64,000 bases of DNA from the human T2T-CHM13v2.0 reference genome, Homo sapiens: assembly GCF_009914755.1 (NCBI RefSeq), contig NC_060931.1; one strand, given 5' to 3'. The notes under the pieces were generated by a model. It did not search any database, was not told the DNA's origin, and saw only the letters and a program-made list of their open reading frames with translations. The translations under genes were made by a program, and so were the position numbers. Positions 18,123 to 31,892 of the stretch are shown here, one piece after another; within the stretch, counting starts at the first letter, position 1; each line of letters opens with the position of its first letter.

Positions 18123-21100
18123 TAGGGTGGGGAACTCAAGCTGCACTGACTTCCAGATCTGTCTGTCTTCAATAGTGTTGGTAATATACTTCAAAATGAG
18201 CAATTTCTTTTTTCCTGTGAGCTCTCTGAACTATATTTTATCTAAAGATACTGTCTGAAATTTCATATTAAGCTATGGGAAAAGTCACATATGTCACTGT
18301 TACAGGTGACGAATTACTATGTTAAAACTTCTAGTGAAAAGGTTTCCAACATTAAATTCACATTAATGATTTATAGTCTTGTATTCACACTTTACAAGTG
18401 CTTTGCCATGGTTAAGTAAGTCTCACCCATTCTTGTAAAAGTGAAAACATATCTGCTTAAAAGCCTGGCAAAATGAAGCTTAGAAAAATCCTCCTTTTAG
18501 AAAATCACATAATGTAGTTCATGAACATGTTCGAGAAGGGAGCTTGAACATGTTCATTGTCTGTTTCTGTGCTTAAATACCATAGCTTTGTGAAATATAT
18601 GTGAATGCTCACTAGTTTGTGTGTGTGTGCACGTGCACATGTGTATTTATGTGTATATAAATTAGAACAAGCCATTATTTTTAATTATTTACATTAAAAT
18701 TTTCAGAGGGTTCAGGTATAAATAAATCTGTATAAGTAGTATAATATATAGTAACAGTAATGTATAACATATAAGCTGTAAATTACATAACATAAATATA
18801 CAATATAGGTAAAAGTATATATACACACAGTAGTTAAATATGTGTATTTTAAAATTATAATTGAGGAAGCTAATTCATCCTTAAGTACATTTCCGGAAGT
18901 TCCTCTGTTGGTGGACATATTCTCAAATTTTCTGGCATAAATAATGTTTCAGTTTCTGATTAAAACCATTCTTGTTATCCACACTAAATAGACTTGCCTG
19001 GCCAGTATCTAATTTTATGGTGGAGTCTTGAGTCATCAGTTCTACAAAGATATTTAACCTGTTCATGATAATCACATGCAAGAGAAGCTGGTCTTCTGTG
19101 ACCTGCAGCCAGTGTGCCAGAAAGAAGGTGTCAAGACAAGAGTCGCCTAGTGAAACAGTGCTGGTGAATGGGGAAAAAGAGCAAAAATTAAATGGAATCC
19201 AAGCCAGTTTGACACAGGACAAATTATAAAGAAAATCCTAGAACACCCTGGAGAGAAACAATGGGCAATGATTCTTCAACCAAAAAGGCTCTGAGGCAGG
19301 GCACAATGTCAATGGTCACAAGAGGACAGGGACTCCCGGCCATATGCCCTATGCCCTTGTCTCATCGGAGGCTTGACTGAGGGCAGAGTCTGTAGTGCCA
19401 ATGGGTGAAGGGATAACAAGAGGCAGGTAAATCCCAGGAGCTGTTTCTACCTCCAGAGAAGGAGGAATCCAGCAATGCTACAGCAACTCAGTCCAAATTG
19501 GCTCCCTCGCTGTTTGACAGCAACCTTTAGGGCTCCATTCTGGACTTTATCTCGAGCTCCTTTCCTCACCCCATTTCCTTTAAAGAATGGCCAGAAAATC
19601 TGAGCATGATATCCTTCTGTTAAGAAGGAGAAGAAAAAAATAATCTTATATTAGTCCGTGATGTACACTGAAAGAAAAGTTCAGTATCTTTATAAGAACC
19701 TTGTCTGAGGGATTATGTTAAAAAAACAAATAACTGAAAACATAATATAATATTCAAACTTCTCTTGTTTGTTTCTTGGTTGTTACTAGGCCATTAAAAA
19801 TCTTATAAAACATTAATTGTTTAATCTTGGAACAAAATGTATTTAAAAAGGTTTAAAATTCTGCCTTATTCCTCATGAGCAGTGATAAAGAGAAATCACT
19901 GGGAAGCAACAAGTGTTGGCAGACTGGTTCAGCATGGTGGCTGCGAAAAGAAAAACATAAGGTCTTACTTGATAAACAGTGCAGCACAGGAAATCCAAGG
20001 CTCAAACTCCGTTTTGACCTTCTTGATCCCAACAGTTAGAAGCAATCATTCTCTCCTGTCAGCTTTCATATCTCTTTACCTATTCTTTTGATTAGAGATT
20101 TTTAAAAGAAATCTTTTACTCTACTAATCTATAGTCATCCTAAGAAGGGTTCCCGTGTATAAAGAACATGTTTTATATTTACATGCCACAGTTACATTAG
20201 CAGTTCCATGAATTTATGGAGACTTAAGTGCAGCTTTGACTCTTCAGCCTCAGCTCCCAACCTTTCCAACTCATCACCCAATGTACCACAATTCTTATCC
20301 CATCAGACCCTGGATCTGGCTATAGTCATTTCCTCACCTGACCTGGAGCCAGGACTGCACATGAAAATGAGGCTTCCGTATCACAGGTTGGACAAACCTC
20401 TCTCATAAAATGCTTTTGTATTTCTCTACTTCATGGGTACACAGACCACTTCAGGGACTTAAATGTAACCCTTAATACCTTTTATAAGGTAGATGTTGTG
20501 TTTTAAATAAGTTATTTTCAAGTGATCCTTTGGAACAAACTTTATGCCTTTACATTTCTATTTTCCAAGCATATAGGGGGTGAGAAAACATGAATATTTT
20601 CCCCATGGGAAAGAAGTGAACGTTTTCAAACTTTATAAGGAAATGACTTTTCTCTTTGTAGTTATAATCAGGAAAAAAATAATAAAGCCCATAGCTTGGG
20701 GTCATTTTTAATTAGAAAAACTTTTTACCTGCAAAGCAAAAAGTCTACAAACCAGATTTTTATGCTGTGAAAATTTTTTATTATGCAATACTTCTTTAAA
20801 TGTTTTTTAAAAAACTAATATTTTCTTATCTTATAAATGTATGAAGATTTTGAGTCTAAGAGACCAAATAGATTTATGTTAAAACTTCTCTGGGCCTAGA
20901 TGAAATTCTCAGATATTTTGTAAGCAATGAAAAATTAATTTTAAAGTGTTTTTCCCCAATGTGTAATGCATATTTATAACCTACAGAACAAAAAACACAA
21001 TCATATTTTGGATCTTTAAGACCTGACATAGCAAAAAGATAATTTGCTTTGAGGCCCTTTGATGCATTTAATTTAATTTATTGGAAGCAAATTAATGTGA

Positions 21101-22150
21101 AATGATAAAATTATTATTAAAATGGAAATAGAAGAATAGGAATGACTCAAATCAACAGAGGAGAGAAGTGGCTGATTACCATACTTCATAGGATAATTCC
21201 CAATTTAATCATATTAAATCTAATTGTTGGCGGACAGATGATGGGAAATACCGCTCTTGCTTTGTAGTAGACAGAAGAAGACAGAAAAAAATTTTAAAAA
21301 GCAATTCAGAATGTCACTAGGATAAACCAAAAAGTAAACTGAAAATGAAGACCAAAGTGGATTTCTTAAGGAAGCATTGCCTCTTTACATTGCCAAATGA
21401 AAATTCGGTAGATGAATATTCTATGGTTTTAGATAATCATTTGTAACTTGAAAGGGATTTATATACAACTTAATAAATATATATTGAATGACTGCTATTT
21501 TCAAGATATTGTGCTGCTGATCTGTCTTCTAGCTGATAAATTTAGCTGAATACCTGGAGCAATAATAGAACCAAGTTTTATTGATCAACAGCAATCTCTA
21601 TTAAAATGGTAATGAACAGCTTCTGCAGTATATCTTGATATATTTTCTTTTTACTGGGTGTGATGAATGTGTAAAGTAGTAGAACTTATGATACATGTGA
21701 CATGATGTAAGTTCATGATAAATGCTAGAGGATTAATTTCATATAGCTACATATTGTCATTATTTCAAACTTCAGTGAAATGAAAACATGAGTTTTTCAC
21801 TGCTGTTTTTAAATTTTTGTGATTTTTCCCCTCAGTGGCAATTCCAAAATAAATGGAGGAAACTGGAAATTATTCTGAATATTGTGTATGAATAACCATC
21901 TTATTAAATAGACTCATTTAAAACATTTTCAAAAATTTACATCTTTCTCAATAGGAAATGGGTCCTTTAATTCTGCTCATTTCTCTCCATTTTTAGTGAT
22001 GTTATTTTAGTCTAAATTTCCATAATCTTTATTCTGGGCTATTATAGTAATATTCCAACAGGCTTTTTCTCTTCCTATTTCTTGGGATATTCCTATTTAT
22101 TTCCCAAACCATAGTCTTAAACATCTTAAAGAGAAATATACAGAATCTGA

Positions 22151-22982
22151 AAAGACACTTCTCAAAAGAAGACGTTTATGCGGCCAATAAACATATGAAA
22201 AAAAAGTCACCATCAGTGGTCATTAGAGAAATGCAAATCAAAACCACAGTGGGGTACCATCTCATGCCAGTTAGAATGGTGATCATCAAAATGTCAGGAA
22301 ACAAAAGATGCTGGAGAGGATGTGGAGAAATAGGAACACTTTTACACTGCTGGTGGGAGTGTTATTTAGTTACACCATTGTTGGTGGGAGTGTAATTTGT
22401 CTTACACCATTGTGGAAGACAGTGTGGTGATTCCTCAAGGATCTAGAACCAGAAATACCATTTGACCCAGCAATCCCATTACTGGATATATACCCAAAGG
22501 ATTATAAATCATTCTACTATAAAGACACATGTACACATATGTTTATTGCAGCACTATTCACAATAGCAAAGACTTGGACCAACCCAAATTCCTATCAGTG
22601 ATAGACTGGATAAAGAAAATGTGGCATATATACCCTATGAAATACTATACAGCCATAAAAAATATGAGTTCATGTCCTTTGCAGGGACACGGGTGAAGCT
22701 GGAAAGCATCATTCTCAGCAAACTAATACAAGAACAGAAAACCAAACACCACATGTTCTCACTTATAAGTGGGAGTTGAACAATGAGAACACATGGACAC
22801 AGGGAGGGGGACATCACACACTGGGGCCTGTTGCGGGGTGGGGGGCTAGGAGGAATAGCATTAGGAGAAATACCTAATGTAGATGACGAGTTGATGGGTG
22901 CAGCAAACCACCACGCAGTTGTATACCTATGTAACAAACCTACAGGTTCTGCACATGTATCCTAGAACTTAAAGTATAATAA
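22151..22982 (+). mobile_element. 5'-truncated L1PA (L1PA7/8-like)
   Basis: ORF2 C-terminus and 3' UTR, ending aaagtataataaa. 19-bp TSD agaaatatacagaatctga (22132-22150) / agaaatatataaaatctga (22983-23001). Confidence 0.94.
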
Positions 22983-23165
22983 AGAAATATATAAAATCTG
23001 ATTATTTCACCCCATCGATATAATGGAAAGAGTACATTGTAAGTCATACATCTGAATTAAATGGAAAAATAAAATGATATAGTGCTAATAATCAGATATA
23101 CAGAATTGTAGCTTTACAAAGTATAGGAGATAAGTTACTCTGAAGATTCCTTTCATTAGAAAACA

Positions 23166-23328
23166 GCCAGATGGACTGGTAGGCACCTGTATCGCAACTA
23201 TTCAGGAGGCTGAGGTGTGAGAATTGCTTGAGCCCAGGAGTTCAAAGCTGCAGTGAGCTATGATCACGCTGGTGGATAGTGACTGCACTCCAGCCTGGGC
23301 AACATAGTGAATTTTTTTTTTTTTAAAG
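23166..23328 (+). mobile_element. FAM (fossil Alu monomer)
   Basis: Single monomer retaining the 7SL-derived segment (tgatcacgctggtggatagtgactgcactccagcc, resembling gatcgcgcctgtgaatagccactgcactcc). Confidence 0.75.
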
Positions 23329-23599
23329 AACAACTAGATTCTCCATAAAACAGACTATCACACTCTAATACATAACTGAGATCACAGGAAATCAGGGAGA
23401 ATTCTAAACCCTCTTAACTCATTCTCTGAGCTCATGACAGAGTGGGTAGTAAGTGAAAAACTGAAAAATTGCGTATTTTTTTAGAGCAGCTTAGTGGACA
23501 GACAGTATTTTAGAATACCAGAAAGCACAAGAAATGTGTGTGTTGTTATGCAGAATTCATAAACAACTCTTTTGACTCAAGGAGGAAAAACATAGGATC

Positions 23600-23875
23600 A
23601 TAATAAACAAACCCTTAACAGGTTGGAAACAAGAATAGCCTGTAACATATGAAGGGTCACTCAACCTTGTTAGTAATTAGGACAACCTAACTAAAATGTA
23701 TAAATGCTATTTCACATAACAAGACTGACCAAGGGTTGTGATGATACGCAATAATAGGAACTTACGTACTTTGTTATTGATAGTATAAACTGGTATGGAC
23801 ATGTGGGGAAAAAACTTGCTCTTGTCTTACAATGTTGAACATTGAATTACTAACAACTCAGAAATTTCACATTTT
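23600..23875 (+). mobile_element. Old L1M (L1ME-like) ORF2 3' fragment
   Basis: tcactcaaccttgttagtaattagg...ggaactta...tagtataaactggta...aactcagaaatttcac. Confidence 0.5.
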
Positions 23876-25609
23876 ATGAAGTTCTTCTTAGTGTTGTTTA
23901 TATTATGAGATAGAAACTGTTATCTGTATAGTACACCAAGATAAGAATAAGGCAGTTCCTGAGTGGAAACAACATTATGATATTCTCTTATTGCTGTCAC
24001 TCCCTTCCTTAGACACTGGCTACAAAAACCAATGAACTAATTCATCTGGGCATAAATTGCAAGGTTGAGATAGTGTGTCACCAATGCTATATATTATTCT
24101 GAAATTTGTATGTGGGTTTTCATGCAAAACCATTGTCTGTCACAGTAAAGTATCTTTTGTCATCACTAAGTAAAAACCTTTTCAAGTAACAGACTCAGAC
24201 CACGTGCACACAATGGATGGGCTTATATTATGATAGGCTGGCTATCCTAATAAAATATTTTAAAAAGCATAAATGGTGGGAAGAGCAATAGAAATAAAGT
24301 ATGTGAAGAAGGATACTTTAAAGGTGAAAAAGTATAACAATTAGAAATAACGATAAATTGAACAACAATGCAAAAGGAAATTCCCAAAATGCTTCCAAAA
24401 CAAGGACAGAAAAGAAAAAAGTTAAATTCAGTTATTAAAAAATTAACCCCATTTTAAAGCCACTTGCATTTATTAGTGTTAATTACTTGTGTTAATTTTA
24501 ACACAAGAAAATGGCAAACTGGAATGCCTTCCTACTGTAATATAAAGTTACTTCAAAGAGGAACATTTTCTGAATGACACAATGAATTTATCAAGGACAT
24601 GGGGCTTTTGGGAAATAGACCTACGACTGTTGGTTCTCTGATTATCTCACTGTGGGCTACTTCTGTTTTCATTATTTATTTGCGATGTGGGCACATTACC
24701 AAACTGCTTTCAGAATTGCTTAATGTGTAAATTCCTCTGAAACTTTGAACAAGAGATTTTTGACAGGTATGATTAGTAAGTAGGATTTCAAGACATTTGA
24801 CTTCACTGAAAAATTTTACTGTCATGACCCCTTTAACAATCCTTTTACTTCTGGAGATGTGTTTCCAATTTGGGTTATTATTAATGACTGATGTATTCTT
24901 AAAGGAAGAGAAATAGAATATTATAGACTTATTTCACAGTAAGACAAGTCATTAAAAATAACTTTGAACTTCAAGAAGTAGTAGAAATGGGAATTTGAAT
25001 TTTCAGACCAAATAGATCATGACAGAAATCAAAGTGTAGAATTACAATAAAGTAAAGAGACTGGATCATTTCAGTCTATTTTGATTTGACATTATAATTT
25101 TGTGGTTGGGAGGAAAAAGAAGGCAACTGTATTTCATCAGCTTTGAAGACTTCGTTGTCGTGAAGAAGGCTGGATAACTTCCTTATGTTGTCACTATCTT
25201 GCTTCCATCCAGAGACTGTGGAGTCTTTCTGGAACCAATATGGTTGAAAAAGCCTTTCCTTTTTAGTCAGCAGGGCTTAGTATTCACAGCCTCTGTTTTA
25301 AATACAATGTAACTTGCTTTATTACAAGGCATACTGTGACTTATAAAGCTAGAAATTCTGTTCAGGTGATTACAGATGAAAAAAATGATGAAAATTGAGA
25401 GGTTGCCAGCTCACGTTCTTTTCTTTCTCACTAAAGAGTCTGCTTCTATTTTGGTCCATTTTAAAGTTTCCTTAACTCCTCGAGTCACAGAGAAAGTAGT
25501 CATTCTTCAGTGTTGCCAGCTCCTGATTCCAGATGAGCTAATGATTCCACAGAGCTATCTCTTTGGTTCTTAACTCTGCACCTTTACTGATAGTCATTGT
25601 AGTTTAATT

Positions 25610-25722
25610 TTTATTATCAATGTTTATAGGGCCTTTGCGGTGTGTCAAATTTTAGGCACCCCAAAATATAATAGCGAACAAGACATTCATGGTCACTGCC
25701 TTCATGGAGCTTCTCGGCTAGA
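25610..25722 (-). mobile_element. L2 3' fragment
   Basis: caatgtttataggg...tgtgtc...gaacaagaca...ggtcactgccttcatggagctt. Confidence 0.6.
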
Positions 25723-27443
25723 CTGTGTATAAATTTTCAATCTACAGAGAATGTCTCTATGTTTAATAACAATAGAACATTTGTATTGACTCTTACCAAT
25801 ACATGTAAACTACTCTTTGAAAAGTATACTAAATCCCAAAGTGTCTTTTGGAAAAGGAATGTTACATTTTTAAAATTAGACCTGATAGTCCATAGTTGAA
25901 TGCTAATATGATGGTCAATGACTAGGAAAAATGTTCCAATTCAAAACAATTTCAAAGTTTTCTTCAGTACCCTTGTATCATCATGACTTGGGAAAATCAT
26001 CTTAGGAAGTATTGGATGTTATCTTGGAAGTTAATTTATAGAAACATGGGTGGGGCATTGTAGATCATTTAGTCCTTAAATACATTTTTGGCTGAAAGGA
26101 AATCTCTCATTAAAAGGGAAAGAAACAGAAGAAGAGAAGGAAGAAGCAAGGTAAGGTATTTGCTAGGATCACATAACTGGTTAGTGGCAGAAGTAGAAAT
26201 CATTTCCTTGGACTCTTTAGTGCTTTATTACTGCCCTCTTGTAAGTTTGTTGCTTTTCCACTGACTGTTGGGTAAGAAATTATAATCCCAGAACAGTTCT
26301 TTGTATATTAAAAAAAAATCCTTTACATATTCCATAGAAACTGGGCTTGGTTTGTAAAGCTGAGGCCCAGGAGAAGCTCTTTTTCTTACCCATTTGGTCT
26401 TTAATGTTGCTTGCGAATGCATGGGGGTAGAACTCTAATAACAATGATGGACACGATGTCCTTGCACATAAACATTTGGCTCCTCACAGCATGAGATGTC
26501 TGGTCAGCCACAGAGGATAAAATAATGGCGTAAAGATTTACTGTCAGGGAGCTGGGCCAGTCTCAGCAGGACAGCGGCTCCAAGCAGATAGATGGCCTGG
26601 TATGCGTAGGTCACCTGTGTTTACACTGATGAATGTGTGTGGTTTCCCTAGTCTGCATCATTATATTGAGTTGTGTGGTGTTGGTAGCACTTGTTATTCA
26701 CCCTAGAATGTGCCTTTCTATTGAAAGACAAGTAGACTAATAGCTTGGCTTCCCAGAAATAAATGAGACAATTCACATGAAAGCAATTGCAGTTAGACAA
26801 AATGACATAAATATTAAAGATTAAGAATAATATTATTTGTATCTGTAATATACAGAAATAGTCAAAAAATACTTGGAGCTGCATAATTTGTGGTTGTAGC
26901 AGTTGCTGAATTTAGTCCCATATAGTGATTTGGTTGCATAATTTAATGTTTATGTTGTATTTGTTTAATACATCACTTTCCTGAATGAAATGATTGTGGT
27001 ATGAAGTTATAAGAAATAATGTCTTTGGCTTGTTATAGAAACAGTTATTTTAGGGATTTTTTGTACTTTTGAAGCAGTTTCAATTACAAGTCATTTTTCA
27101 TGAGTTCTGAAGTAAGTTTTAGGCATTTGTTATGAGATCATATTATTAGCAGCTTAGATGAAAATCCAAAATGCATTTATGGATATTTTAATTGGAAAAT
27201 TAAGTGGATCTTTTATAAAATTAAATACTCTGCTATAATCTCTTAGAAAAAATAAATCCCTTTTACCTAATAGGCAAGTTCATGAGAAATCTGTAATGAT
27301 ATCTCTCAACATAGCATGTTAACTTATAGATTATATAATTATAAATTTATAAGCCTAGTTTATACTAAGTATATTCAAGTTATAAGTCACAATACGTGAA
27401 ATGAACATAATTCTCTGAATATGTCACATTTTTTAAAGATATC

Positions 27444-27733
27444 CGTAATCCCAGCACTTTGGGAGGCTGAGGCAGGTGGATCACCTGAGGTCAGGAGTTC
27501 AAGACCAGCCCAACCAACATGGCAAAACCCTGTCTCTACTAAAAATACAAAAAATTAGCCAGGTATGGTGGTGCACACCTGTAGTCCCAGCTACTCAGAA
27601 GGCTGAGGCAAGACAATCACTTGAACTCGGGAGACAGAGGTTGCAGTGAGTCGCGATGGCACCACTGCACTCCAGCCTTGGAGACAGAGTGAGACTCTGT
27701 CTCAAAAAAAAAAAAAAAAAAAAGAAAGAAAAA
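27444..27733 (+). mobile_element. AluS (Sx/Sz-like), missing about 22 nt at the 5' end
   Basis: Starts at gtaatcccagcactttggg. Dimeric body and A tail. Confidence 0.93.
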
Positions 27734-27779
27734 TATATCTTTATTTTCAATATTACTGTCAGTGCCTGAAATTATGCCT

Positions 27780-27925
27780 TGTTTTGCTTTGTCTACAAAT
27801 ATATTCTTTCAAAAATCATCCATAATGAATATATTTTCCATTCTAAGGTGTACTTCATTTTTGGAAACAGAAAAATGCCAATTATCATCCATGCTTGTGA
27901 ATACAGTAAATAATTGATCTCCCTA
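27780..27925. mobile_element. Possible MARNA/mariner-type relic
   Basis: tttttggaaacagaaaaatgcca...tgtgaatacagtaaataattgatc resembles the MARNA interior; weak match. Confidence 0.3.
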
Positions 27926-29119
27926 CATGTTACCTTTTTAAAATAAATTGAACATGAATAATGAGTCTAATATAGTACAACAGGTGTTTCTGACAAATAG
28001 TATTGGAAAATGTATTGCTATTTGATTTTCTATTTATCTGTGAAGTCCTTTTAAAGATATCCATGAAAACTCTCTCTTATGAATGTATGGCTAATTGTAA
28101 AGTAGAATCCTCATAAGACCAGTATTCTATGATTTCCTCTTGATTAAATAAAATAAAATTTAATGTGACAATGGTTTGTGTACTTTTCTTTCCTTGTCTT
28201 CTCTGAGCATCTCTCTAGAAATAGGAAAAAAAAATGGGATAGGTTTTGTTTGGGTGATTTCCACTGAAGCATAGCAAGGTCATGCTTTTGTATTGTCTAT
28301 TATCAGTTATAATTTCTCAAAAACAGACAGCAAACAGGCAGTGTTCAAAAATTTGTAATTTACTATCCCGTGCTAAAGACAAACCACAGAGTAAAACCGC
28401 AACCCGGTTAACCACCAAAACAACCTTCAATCATTCTGACTGGTTCTGCATGTTTCAACGTTTATGGTCTTTTGGCTGAAGGCCAAAGTTCATCTCTTAT
28501 TACCCTTTCTTTTCCATCTGTGAAGATCATTGCACACACACTCGTTCTGCATTCCAAACAATTTCACCTGGCAAAGGAACTAAGTAAAACTGTCTCTCAT
28601 CTTCATTACTATTCATTTCATCTTTCAAATCACTGAATCGTGAAAATTAGAAGTAACAAAAAAAAGAAATCAGGTGTATTAAAAACAAAAATTTGAAACA
28701 GTATATCTGTGAAACCGCTCAGTGTTAGAAATTGTCACTGATCCATGTCAAATTCAGCAAACAAAACTGAGGCAATTTACTTTCACATTTTACTAAATGG
28801 CCACTTGTAAGCATACGGATGAGATTTTGTCTTTCCCCAGGCTGGATCAGTCTGTTGGTTTCCCAAACAGACAGGGGCTGAGTGGCTTAACAGGTGTGCC
28901 AATGTGAGAAAGAAACACAAAAGCAGCTGTTGTTAAAGGCGTTAGGTAGGCTTTGCCAAGACTTTACCTCTCAGATCTCTTCTGTGAATTGATGACTAAA
29001 GTATGTCAACTTTGGAAAAATATTCTTGAAATATTTTCCTTGATTTCTGACTTCAAAAGGCAAATTATAAACACCTTAATCAATTAATATTTACTACTAG
29101 AATGATTGCCCAAAAGACT

Positions 29120-29560
29120 GAACTAATCAAGATAGAAAACAAAAGTATTATGGCTTATTATGTCAATCTCCTATTTAAAAAGCCTCAACATTTTCTCATA
29201 GCCTTTAGAAGAAACAATTTTGTGTACATTGAGATCCCAATTCAATGCCTCTTTTTGTCCATATCTCATTGCAACTTTGACTCATATGATATCACTTTGC
29301 TGCAAACAGATTAAGCTACTAATGAAGACATGCAATTATCTTTTTGTCATCTCTCTCTCTCTGTAGCTCTCTCTGTGTGTGTGAATACATGTATACTTGC
29401 TCAACTAAAATGATCCTCACAGCCTCACATATTAAGATCTCATTTATTCTCAATTTGGGCTTGACTTCTAACAAAAACTGTTCCTTAACTAATCCACCAA
29501 TAGATGGCATATTCTTCTCCTGAGCTTTCATCCTGTTTATCATTTACTTGGTATTCCAAC
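29120..29560 (+). mobile_element. L2 fragments
   Basis: atgtcaatctcctatttaaaaagcctcaacattttctcatagcctttagaa and downstream L2-like segments. Confidence 0.45.
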
Positions 29561-30489
29561 CTACCTCTATGGCATTGCTTTACAGATCTTTAATGTGGTC
29601 TCGCATTGATATGGAAAGTTTGCTTTTGTAGATTTAACTTATCATGTGAGTCAATCAAAGATTTCCAAATAGTTGATGAACTTTATGAGAGAAAAGGCCT
29701 GGGTTTTCTTTCTTTGCCTCCCTTCAGGTACCTGGTGGAGGATGCTATTTCTAGTAGCTACTTCAAAAAACAAGTTTTCTGAGTTGCTCTCTTATTTCTT
29801 TAACCACATTGTCTCTGTCGTTCTCTGTCTCTCTGTTTCTCTCTTTCTCTCTCTATTCTTTTGCATGGACACCAAATTTTGTCTCTTAGATTTTGACCCT
29901 CTTATCTTTGAATACTGGTTTTGTTCTCTAAACTACTAGTTTTTTGCCATAACTGTTTTTTCTTTGGGATTTTGGACTGTATTTCTTAGATCTAAGGTAC
30001 AGACCTCCTGCAGGGACTTCCATGAACCATATATCCATTGTAGCAATGATCTTCATTGTCAAAAAGAGTCTAATTTTAAAAGCAAAGATTTGTCAAAGAA
30101 ACCTTTTAGAATGCAAAATAGCTAGGAATTTTAATTCTATTAAATATCAACAATAACAAAAAAGTGGTAACTATGATTATTTTCTTTTTGACAAAATAAG
30201 TTCATCATTAAAAAAACCAATAATGCCAAATCCTAAAAATAAATTTCAGCCTGTAAAACATACATTCAAGCATGTATAAATATATGCATGTACAATAAAT
30301 ATATTTAAAATAATTTTTAAATTTCTAGACTGTTGACTAGTGAGAAACTAGTGAAACTATCGAGAGTTGGGAACATTCCGTGTAAGGGGGTAATGAAGTT
30401 GAGAGTGATAATGGTACCTCTAACTTATGGCTCAGACTGAGGCTAGATTCACCAACTTTGCATAGCGTCCTCTGCATTTAGATTTTCTA

Positions 30490-30950
30490 TTCAACATTCT
30501 TGCAATATCTTGAATGAAGGCATAGAATGGCAGCACATTAAATTTACAAACGGTAAAGATCAAAGAAGGAATAACTGAAATTATTTTGAGAGTGTGGAAT
30601 TCTGAGCTAAGTTATAGTGCTGGTGTTTGAACGGAGTTTTAATATGAGTTTTGCCTGTTAGGTGATTTCTGCCAAAAAAAAAAAAAATACGAAGTTTGCA
30701 TTAATGAAAGCAGAGTATTCAGCTAAAAGGAATATTCATCCTTTTCATTTTGAAGTTTGTTATTATACCATATCTGGAATGTTTTGTTTATTTCTGCATG
30801 GACATTTTAAAAAAACATTGAAACAGGAGACAATGGCATGAAAAGGATGATCAGAAAGATGAAACATTTGGAATTGATGCTTTATGAGGGACATTGAATA
30901 TACTGGAAGTATGTAGTCTAAAGCAGAGAAGGCTAAAGGGAGATATGATG
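30490..30950 (+). mobile_element. L3/CR1 ORF2 3' fragment
   Basis: tgcattaatgaaagcagagta...tatctggaatgttttgttta...tatgagggacattgaa...agagaaggctaaagggagatatgat. Confidence 0.65.
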
Positions 30951-31599
30951 CAAATTCATGAGAAATGTTCATACCTAATATTTATGAGTCAAATGCTAAG
31001 TATAATTCTCATGACTGATCCAGTGATGAGGTAAGTGTGTGGACACAGAAAACTGTCACAATGCACAGTGTGAAAAGAATAACAGTAGTTCTTACGTCAG
31101 GGTACAAGTCGAGAAAACGAATGCCTCTATGGATTACAGGTGGAGAGAAATGTGATCTAGGGAAAAGGGGAAAGGTGGTATTAGGCAGAGATTAGAAGGT
31201 GCTGTAGTTTTTGAGCTGGAGCCTAGAACCCCACACTCTCTCAGCCTCTGAGCTGCAGCCACCTCCCCTGCAGCTACTGGAGACACCGCAGCCACTAAGG
31301 CTGCAGGACCTCCTGCTACTGACCGTGGGTACTTCTGGTGGCTGCTGCCAGAAACCCAATCCCTTGTTTATTCTCTGGGTTTCAATTTTACCCCCAAACC
31401 TGATTAAATACCATTGGCAAGGGAGTCTTAGAAATTTTAGTTTTCTTATTCTCAGTGATTAAAGAAAAGGGCGCAGAGAAGATTATGGGAATGTTAGAAG
31501 GTTAGTTAGTTACCATCTAGCACAAATGGGATTAAGTGTTAGAGGTCTAGGCAGGATATATAGAGATAACCAATTTAAATGGTCAAGGAAGGTTAATAT

Positions 31600-31892
31600 C
31601 TATAAGTACTTTCAGGCCTGCCTTTGGAAAGGCAGAGTGGAGTTCTGTGTTGCTCCAGAGAGCAATAGATGATAGAAGTTATTAGGAGATGAAATTTAGG
31701 TATTTGTGAAAAATAACTTCCTCATAACTAGAGCTCATGGCAAAAATGTCCTGCTATTTTAATATGTTGGGTGTTTGAGCAAAAGTTTAATTCTATTTTT
31801 TTCAGGGATTCTCTAGAAGAGCTTCTCATAGTAGGCAGTAGATGGTTTAGTTGGCAGCTAATGTTCCTTAAAAATTTACAATTTTATGATTC
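31600..31892 (+). mobile_element. L3/CR1 3' end (likely continuation of the 30.5-kb piece)
   Basis: tgtgttgctccagag...aaataacttcctcataactagagct...ttttatgattc terminal motif. Confidence 0.6.

Noticed and set aside
18625-18640. Palindrome tgtgcacgtgcaca with an E-box
   Set aside because: It is a by-product of a TG/CA microsatellite junction.
19080-19570. GC-richer block, possibly an old LTR (likewise 42985-43430)
   Set aside because: I could not identify termini, TSDs or a family from the sequence alone.
28825-28952. Possible + strand exon (ctttccccag| at 28840, ag|gtaggg at ~28945), and isolated acceptors at 2014, 9767 and 62840
   Set aside because: Donors are weak or absent, and such matches are expected by chance in 64 kb.
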